Origin: Octopus sinensis
Taxonomy: Eukaryota
NCBI RefSeq assembly: GCF_006345805.1
Contig: NC_043008.1
Coordinates: 42,594,001 to 42,658,000, forward strand
Length of the DNA: 64,000 bases
Reading direction: 5' to 3'
In this document: positions 55,248 to 64,000 of the stretch, piece after piece
How the letters are laid out: every line of letters begins with the position of its first letter
Position numbering within the stretch: position 1 is the stretch's first letter
Made by a program: the position numbers and the translations under genes
The notes under the pieces: model-generated
Told to the model about the DNA's origin: nothing
Seen by the model: only the letters and a program-made list of their open reading frames with translations
Database searches by the model: none

Positions 55248-56654
55248 GTATGGATCGTCAAAAGCCATATCTTATATATAATCTTAACTCTACACCGGCT
55301 CAGATATCCCTTAGGGTGTTACATTTTAGAATCACTTATCTCAACTGAGTGGAATAATTATGGAATACTTCAACTAAAAGAAATTTACTGGGATGAAGTA
55401 CACCCACTTAACTTAATTTGGTGTCATTCTACTTTGTTTAGATAGAAATGTAATTTAAGATGACATATATGATGCTTAAACTGCTTTGAGATGATGAAGC
55501 CATAATAAAGTTGGTCGATGAGTTAGAGGCTAAGTCTCTCTCAAATAAGGAGCAGCTCAGTAAAAGTAGGAAGACGAAATTCCATGATTTAATCCTAGAT
55601 ACACCATGACTAAAAAAAAAAATCAATATTTATAGCTGAAACATTTTGAAGCACATATCTGTTGAACCGTCACTAATCTGGAGTTCAAAATCCACAACCA
55701 TGACTGAATGTGTGGTCGATGAGGCACATTAGGCTAGCGCTGCTGTTTCTGTTTCGTTACTGCCTTGTTTCAAGAATGTTGTCAATTTTTAAAATAATTT
55801 TTGAATGCTCATTACGTGTGTCACTATTTTGTGATTGTTTACCGGAAACCTTAATTATCAAAGCATACAGCGCGTGGTTAATGCGCAAATGCTTAAATGC
55901 TCAGATTCTTTCAATGAAAATAGAAACCCTACAAATAGGAATTACACGCAGAATATCAGGACCACTGTCAGGAGAGGTGAATTGTTTCTACATTTTATGA
56001 TGGTTAAAGTTTAACTCTAAATTTAAGTTTTCTCTGCTACTTTCTAGAAGTTTCGAAGATGTAAGATGGAGATTAGTTTCAGAATACACACAGTCGAACG
56101 AAAAACATAAAACTGCAAGCATTAAGAAACAATGGCAAAAGTAGTGTAGGGCTCTGTGCTCTACAAAGTGATTGATAAATATATTAAAGTTCCTTAACGT
56201 TCATATATATATATACATGCCTATGTGTGTGTACGTATGCATGTATGTAATGTAATGTATGTATATATGTACGTATGTATGTATGTATGAACAAAATGCT
56301 TTTTAGATTGGAGCATGCATAAAATGGACATGGAAAATTTTATCTACAGACTTTCCATAAAAACAAAAACCACGAAGTTCAAATGAAAATTAATCCCCAA
56401 ATCCGGAAAAAAAACTGACGTAAATATGAGTTATTGTTTAATGGAACACAGTTGTGTATTTAATGGAATATATAAGGCAGAAAAATGTCTATTTATGTAA
56501 ATAATCCAGACACATCGACACTTAGATATAAGCATTAGAAACCTACAGATGCATACATATTCATACACACGCAGACACAGACACACGCACATACACACAT
56601 ATACACACTTACATACATACATACATACATGCATACATACATATACATATACAC

Positions 56655-56947
<293 letters not shown>

Positions 56948-57231
56948 TGCAATGTACCGAAATAGAACCACAGCAATGATGGGTCTTCTGTAAATCCTCT
57001 TCCTAAATAGACACTTATACATCAGTCTCGACTGACACAGATTCAGTAATCGTACAGCGGCCAGAATAGAGCGAAAAATCCAAATTTCTACAAATACATG
57101 AGAAATTCCAGACGCAAATTTAAGGAATGCGTACCGAGTTCTATATTTATTTCAGTTCTACAAAAAGGAAGGTGAAATAAATTCTTAAGTCAAGCAAAAA
57201 TAGACAACAAAAAATAACCAAGTGTGGGTTA

Positions 57232-57523
57232 CTATTATTTTTATTATTATTGCCTGCGCACAGCTACTAACGCTGGAGATGTACTACCAGTGAACTAAGG
57301 TAACTCCTCTTATTTTTCCAACACCATCCGTAATATTCGAGCGGTTCCAAGCAATGCAGTTATCTGCAAGTGTTCCACCCTTATGGCAGCCCCTATTTGT
57401 TTCACGTACCTCTCGAGATTTTTGCTCAGTTTCCAGGGCTCCGACAATTATGGGTACTACTGCTAACTTTTTCATCGACCACAACTGCTTAAATTCCCAA
57501 GCTAACCTCTCATATCTACCGTC
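57232..57523 (-). mobile_element. 5'-truncated RLE-type (R4/Dong-like) LINE 3' end, second subfamily
   Basis: RYERLAWEFKQLWSMKKLAVVPIIVGAL [frameshift] LERYVKQIGAAIRVEHLQITALLGTARILRMVLEK* (stop at 57310-57312); (AAT)n on both sides. Confidence 0.85.
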
Positions 57524-57562
57524 ATTATTATTATTATCATCACCATCATCATCATCATTATC

Positions 57563-57618
<56 letters not shown>

Positions 57619-57659
57619 TGTGTGTGGGCGTGAGTGTGTAAGTGCGTGTGTATGTTTGT

Positions 57660-57820
57660 GTGCCTGTTAGTCTCCCCTCCAACATCGCTTCACAACCGAT
57701 GCTGGTGTGTTTACGTCGCCGTAACTTAGCGTTTCGGCAAAAGAGACCGCTCGCATAAGTACTAGGCTTACAAAGAACAAGTCATGGGGCCGTAGTCAAA
57801 TGACTGAAATAAGTAAAATA
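57660..57820 (+). mobile_element. SINE family C, 3' half
   Basis: catcgcttcacaaccgatgctggtgtgtttacgtcgccgtaacttagcgtttcggcaaaagagaccg...aaatgactgaaataagtaaaa. Confidence 0.8.
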
Positions 57821-58152
57821 GCATAATATACATATATTCATACATATATACTTTATTAGTTAATTAGATATAGATATATGTCTAATCAATGCTGTTTTTA
57901 CCAATTGCAATTAATACCGGTAATCTAGCAACGCTTCTAATGACTATCTTTGATTAATAAGAATAAAAAAAGAAAACTTGCAATTACAGACAAGTGAAAT
58001 GAACAATCGGTACAGTTGTTTCCTGATTGTCTGCTAAGTGCATCAGATACACTCCACAATCCTCTTAGAGGACACATGTCCTCTTCTTCAACGGGAAACA
58101 CGAAAGTGTTTCGATTTTTGGCTTTCTGTTTTCGTTTACAACTTGTCTGTAG

Positions 58153-58185
58153 GTCAGGCAGAAAGCCAGAATGTACCAAAAGTGA
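58153..58185 (+). CDS. Candidate terminal coding exon (VRQKARMYQK* in phase 0)
   Basis: Long pyrimidine tract ctttctgttttcgtttacaacttgtctgtag|; phase 1 would instead read GQAESQNVPKVKIPTA*. Confidence 0.25.
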   Translation, partial: VRQKARMYQK

Positions 58186-58454
58186 AGATACCTACTGCGT
58201 AAATGATGAAGTCATTAGTAAATACCTGATTAGTTTGGAACAGTGCCAGTACCATAATCGAACAGGAAAGAACCACAACAGTGAGAAATCTGAAATTCTG
58301 TATATGATTGCAATTGCCTCAGGTTATGAGAAAAATTGTGTCCTCTGGATTTTTTTAGTGATGTTCCTATTCTCTGGGATAAGTTGAATCTTAATTCTGT
58401 TAGACTAAATCTTATAGAAATCATTATTATTTCTTTACTATTAAATACGCTATA

Positions 58455-58655
58455 CTGCGATAATCTGGTAGAATCGGTAGCGCGCCGAACAAGATGTTTT
58501 GTGCATATTTCGTCGTCTTTATGTTCTCTGTTCAAATTATTTTTCATCTTTCAGGGGTCAATAAAATACGTACAACTTGAACCTGGGGTCCATATAATAG
58601 ACTTGACCCCTATCACACCTCAGCTGGTGACCTTGTACCAAAATCGAAACCATAA
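58455..58655 (+). mobile_element. SINE family A (diverged, internally deleted)
   Basis: ggtagaatcggtagcgcgccg...catctttcaggggtcaataaaatacgtac...ggccttgtacc-like tail. Confidence 0.6.
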
Positions 58656-58825
58656 TTCAGTAGTGCCTGCGTATTCCTTACTAGATGTCTGCCTAGAAAC
58701 TTCCGCTTGACCCTACCGGACATATCTCCTACCACACTATTCAATACAAACTTCATTCAGGTCACCTTGACAGGAATCACGGTGTTCTGGAATCCCTTCT
58801 CCCTCCGTTTTCCTTTGCCACATAT

Positions 58826-59134
58826 GTTGTTGCTGTTTTTGCTCCTTCTCGAGCCATGCCTGGCTCATAAAGTCTGGTTTCCCGATGTCATTGGCGTATA
58901 GTTTCCCCACCTGGACAGGACGCCGGTCCGTCACAGGTGAGCTCTTAGATGCAGGAGGAAAGAGCGAGAGAAAGCTGTGGCGAAAGAATCAGCAGAAGTT
59001 CGCCATAACCTACTCGAGCCCCATGAAACTTAGATGTTTTGCTCATAAACACACACATTGCCTAGTCTGAGATTCGAACCCGCTATTCTTCGACCGCGAG
59101 TTCGCTGCACTAACCACTAAGTCATACGTCTCTA
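58826..59134 (-). mobile_element. Full-length tRNA-derived SINE: head, centre X, tail Q
   Basis: Minus-strand head tgacttagtggttag...gggttcgaatc; 13-bp TSD ctttgccacatat at 58813-58825 and 59135-59147. Confidence 0.88.
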
Positions 59135-59164
59135 CTTTGCCACATATATTGGTCTACAGACATC

Positions 59165-59504
59165 AAGCACATTGATAAATTCACAAAGCTAAAGTTGTTA
59201 CTGATTGGCACGAGGAACTTTCTAGTGAATTTGAACATCTTATCTGGTCACCACAGTCCTCACATCTCAATATTATTGCTGGTGCATTTTAGAAAAACAA
59301 GTAAGGAGTCGATATCACTACAAGAACTGGAGACTGTTTTATCTGAAGAACGGACAAAAATTTCTTTGGAAACAATTCGAACATTCTACTAGTCGATACC
59401 TCGTAGAAGCCAAGCTGTGTATACTGCCAAAGTCGGTCCTACTCCATATTAAAATAAATTTGTTTGAAATTTTGAGGTCTTTCCATTATTTTGTCCAACC
59501 CCTG
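59165..59504 (+). mobile_element. Tc1-like transposon 3' remnant with right TIR
   Basis: HKAKVVTDWHEE...LIWSPQSSHLNII/WCILEKQVRSR/LQELETVLSEE...SIPRR.QAV..AKVGPTPY* (stop ends 59452); TIR ttccattattttgtccaacccctg followed by TA (59505-59506). Confidence 0.85.
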
Positions 59505-60280
59505 TATTTATAGGTTGCTTGTATCACTGAATTAAAACCTACCATCATTAAGCAATAGAAGACACCACAGCGAATCTTGCAATTTTAAATATTTCGTATC
59601 GGAAATTTCAGTTAAAATTACATTTTATCTAATTTCATTAAATTCAGTGTCAAGAAATACTTTTCAACGGATTTCCTGAGGATGATTATCTCTGCTTTGG
59701 ACAAACTAACGAACACGTGATGCTGGATTAAGATAAAGCTGACATCGAAGCATTAGTGAGAAATAGTTTTCTTCAAACGGCCATCTAAAAATGAAATATG
59801 AGGCCTCAGGTATCGAGACGTAGAACCGTCATACGATAGCAGCTATCACTGCATCGCTACACTGTAGCACTGTTATTTACCAAACATATAGAAGATTCTT
59901 ACGTTTCTTTTCCACTGTCTTCATATAGAATATAAAATTGATAATTGAGTAAAAGACATAATCGATAATTGGATAAGCTCCGATACATGAATTGATTTTA
60001 TTATTTAATATATTTAAAATTCAAGTCAAGAAATATTGGATATACAGTTTGAAATCATAGAATATCTTATACATATACATACACACTTCAATCTCTACGC
60101 ACATGCATATAAACATAGGGAAACGTACGTATACATGTGATGTGAACACACACACACACATACACACACACACGTATGTCTTAAACATATCAAGCTTAAT
60201 TTATATAGGATATATGACATATATATATATGTATGTGTGTATGCATGTATGTATGTATGTATATATATATATATATAATA

Positions 60281-60323
<43 letters not shown>

Positions 60324-60337
60324 TTAATTTATACATA

Positions 60338-60369
<32 letters not shown>

Positions 60370-60503
60370 GATATATATATATATGCATGTATGTGTGTAT
60401 GTATGTATGTATGTGTATGTATGTATGTATGTATGTATGTATGTATGTATGTATGTATGTATGTATGTATGTATGGAATAATTACTATGAAGCATTGTGT
60501 AGA

Positions 60504-60776
60504 ATATATTGTATAAAAGATGGTGGGTAAGGCCAAAAACAATGCGAAGTAAATGCAAGATAAATCACAAGAAAGCAAATTTATGAATTAATGTTGCTGA
60601 TGTGCGTGTCTGTCAGGAACATCGTTTATTTTCCTGAAAATGGGGTCATAACCCCGAAATATTGAAAACAAAGTATATTAATTCATATATTAATTCATAT
60701 ATTTGTTTTCTTGCGATTTACCTTGCATTTACTTCGCATTGGTTTGGCTTTGTCCACGATCTTTTACACAATATAT
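60504..60776 (+). ncRNA. Microsatellite-flanked foldback element with hammerhead-like motif in the loop (60625-60672)
   Basis: ~88-bp imperfect arms 60504-60592 / 60689-60776; loop UUUAUUUUC|CUGAAAA|U|GGGG-UCAUAA-CCCC|GAAAU|AUU|GAAAACAAA (G8 to A). Confidence 0.6.
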
Positions 60777-60794
60777 ATATATATATATATATAT

Positions 60795-60843
<49 letters not shown>

Positions 60844-60865
60844 TATAATATATATATATACATAC

Positions 60866-60926
<61 letters not shown>

Positions 60927-61814
60927 TGCATGTATGTATGTAAGTATGTAAGTGTCTATACGTGTGTGTGTGTGTGTGAATTTGTGGTTCGTGTGCAAGC
61001 ATGTATATATATAGGAATGTATGGAAGTTTGTGTATATTCATGTATCTATGTATGTGCTGTATCTATGTATGCATGTAGTCATACAGTGATACAGAGATA
61101 CGCAAATACATTCAATAGGTATTTGTTCTCTTATCGCTGCTTGAAAAGTATTATCCAAGACAACACGTTTGTATATAGTAACAGGAATAAGTGAAGCTTC
61201 CACTCTTCAGTTCAAAAGGGACATCTTTTATGAATCGTGGATCTTGTTAGTGTGTGTTTGACGTGGAACAGGAGAGAAAGGACACGCTGAACAAAAGGCA
61301 AAATTGATGGGGAATGAAGTGGAAAGGAGAAGAGAAAAAAGATAGACAGAATCAAATGCTGTGAAGCTGAAAGATTGTGGGGTCGCGAGGTGAGATGTTT
61401 TAAAGAGGCGTGTCGTTGTTGCGCGTCAGCTGTTGTGTATAGATTCACAATTAAAGGCATATTTTTCGCGAATAAGGATCAGAAGTGGAACCCACAAGGA
61501 TTGATTGTGGTGGTGGTGGTGGTGGTTATGTGTGTGATGGTTCAAGTGTATTTTGCAAACCTAAGAGAGAGGCAGAGAGGAAAAGGCATGTTGATACACA
61601 AAAAGAAACAGAGACGGAAGTAGAGAGTAAGAGACGGGGCCCCGTTAGGAACTGAATAATGAAAATCTTTTAGAGATTCTCTTCGACGGATATTAAGTCA
61701 AATTATTTTCTCCATTTCTTATAAATATCCCTAAATCTTACCGATTTTTTTTACATTCTCGTTATACATTTCTATGCGCACCAATGCATATATATGTGCT
61801 CAAATGTATATGTG

Positions 61815-61868
<54 letters not shown>

Positions 61869-62923
61869 CATGTGTTTGGGTATGAGTGTGAGGGATATGC
61901 GTGTGACTACCTGTGTCTGTGTGTATCAAGATTTCTTCTGAGACGAGGACATGAAAAGGGATACACCCCGTAGCAAAGTATGCATACTTCGCAATGTATA
62001 TAGCTTCGTATATATATACATACATACATATATATACATACGTACACAAATATGTATATTATACTTTACTAGCTTCAGCTCAAGAACTCCTGCCATTCTT
62101 GGGCACCGCCCTTTTACACGTACACTATCTATATACACACACACATATACACACAGAAACATACACACGCAAACACACGCATGTATGTAGATATATGTAT
62201 ATATATGCGTGTATATATATGTATATATATATGTGTGTATGTATAAGTATATATACATATATATATATATATATGTGTGTATGTGTATGTGTGTATATAT
62301 ATATATATATATACAAACATATATATATATTCATATATATATATATATATATATATATACACTGGCCATTCCCACAACTAATGTTGTTCAAAAAATTGAG
62401 CACATTTCTCTACATCTTCATTAAAAAAAAGACTCTCTCTTCTGAACAGTAAGCCAACTATCGTAAAAAGCCGAATATAAAAGATTAAAAAATAATGGAA
62501 ACCACAACGTGATGTCTTCTCTGTAAACAAGTAGTTGTTTGCTACAAATGCAGATCTTTGTTTCATGTGTTTACAATAGGAAATGTGATTTTTCTTGCTA
62601 AGGCGATTTCTTCTGTTTTTTTTTTTTTTTTGATTTTTTTGTGTAATTGATGTTTGTACGACACACCGTACTTGCCATTAATGTCTGTTGTATCTAATTT
62701 CTAAACGACGTCCAGTGCTATCACACAACTCATTGTCGTTGAATGTTTATTAATTGTGAGTTTGTGCTGCGAAAGATGCCTGTGCGTAAAATACTCGTTA
62801 ATGAAGGTAATTTGGTGGACACAAAAAGAAAGAAAAAAGAAAAACTGAAAATGAAAAGCGCAAAAAAGGATTTGTGAATAAGGTAATGAGGTACAAGAAA
62901 TTGGAGAGGGTTGTCTGGCGGTT

Positions 62924-63070
62924 TGCAGTGGAGAGTGGTAAAGAAATAAAATTAAAAGAATCGAGAACCAAGGACAATTCACAGTTTGCGTAGAGACTCG
63001 TCGGTATAGTCAATGAGCTACAATAAGTCGGTTTCTGCTGCTGCTGCTACTATTACTACTACTACTAGTC

Positions 63071-63103
<33 letters not shown>

Positions 63104-63400
63104 GTATTTGTAGTAGTAGGAGTAGTAGTAGTAGCAGTAGTAATAGTAGTAGTAGTAGTAGTCGTAGTTATTGTAGTAATAGCAGAAGCAGCAGGAACCG
63201 GTTTATTGTAGTAGTAATAGTAGTAGTAGCTGTAGTAGCAGCAGCAGCAGTAGTAATACTACTACTACTACTACTATGACTAGCAGCAGCAGAAACCGAC
63301 TTATTGTAGCTCATTGAATATACCGACTAGTCTCTACGCAAACTGTGAATTGCCCTTGGTTCTCAATTCTTTTAATTTTATTTCTTTACCACCCTCCATT

Positions 63401-63403
<3 letters not shown>
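62924..63403. repeat. Foldback: ~123-bp inverted arms around a (CTA)n/(TAG)n spacer
   Basis: Arms 62924-63046 / 63281-63403; partial third arm junction at 63181-63215; followed by (GTA)n 63401-63527. Confidence 0.85.
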
Positions 63404-63455
<52 letters not shown>

Positions 63456-63456
63456 C

Positions 63457-63529
<73 letters not shown>

Positions 63530-64000
63530 CACTGGAACTCAAACAACACAGCTGCCAATCCACATAAAAGAAAAATGTTGTAGAATCCATCAGGTCCGAA
63601 AGGGACAATCTTTGCGAAAACGAAATAAAATATATATATAATGTAACAGATGTGAAGACACGTATAACCAATGAGGTCTAACATGACAGAAATATCACAT
63701 CAAAACCTTGTCAAACAGAAAGAAAACAAAACATTACAAGAAGAGACATTAGTAATCTCCGAGAGTCTGACCCATGGATACAAACTTAGTCGTAACAAAA
63801 TATCATAAGTGACTCCACATTCAACAATGAACAGAACATAAAATACATCACATCAGAATAATCAGTCAACAATACAGAGAATATGTGAGAAACAGCACAG
63901 AACATGTAGTAGGGACATCAGTCAGGTGGAGTATTTAAACGATGGCTCGACATGTGGGAAATAGCAGTAAGGTCACACGCAAAATCTTCCACAAAGAAAT

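Noticed and set aside
62960-63012. Minus-strand CCGACGA...GCAAAC resembling a hammerhead core
   Set aside because: Stems I and III do not pair

Overview
AT-rich eukaryotic DNA saturated with microsatellites ((TA)n, (CA)n, (TACA)n, (TAGA)n, (AAT)n, (ACT)n). The repeat families resemble, from memory rather than a database search, those of Octopus (coleoid cephalopod). There are no rRNA genes, true tRNA genes or CRISPR arrays, and almost all ORFs in the supplied track are microsatellite read-throughs. Supportable content: (1) many tRNA-derived SINE copies, including three full-length copies with 11-13 bp target-site duplications that combine head, centre and tail modules differently; (2) 3' fragments of restriction-like-endonuclease (R4/Dong-type) LINEs sitting in (AAT)n arrays; (3) two decayed Penelope-like (PLE) GIY-YIG endonuclease fragments; (4) Tc1/mariner remnants, a hAT MITE and a piggyBac-like MITE; (5) two microsatellite-bounded tandem duplications and several foldback inverted repeats; (6) low-to-moderate-confidence spliced exons on both strands. 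The most interesting signal is a set of short non-coding elements anchored in (TA)n tracts that carry minimal type I hammerhead-ribozyme-like cores (CUGNNGA-stem II-GAAA-palindromic stem III-NUH). Several of these cores lie in the loop of an inverted-repeat hairpin. This suggests a retrozyme-like, PLE-mobilised, (TA)n-targeting family set. Every copy deviates from the catalytic consensus at one or more positions, so activity is unproven.
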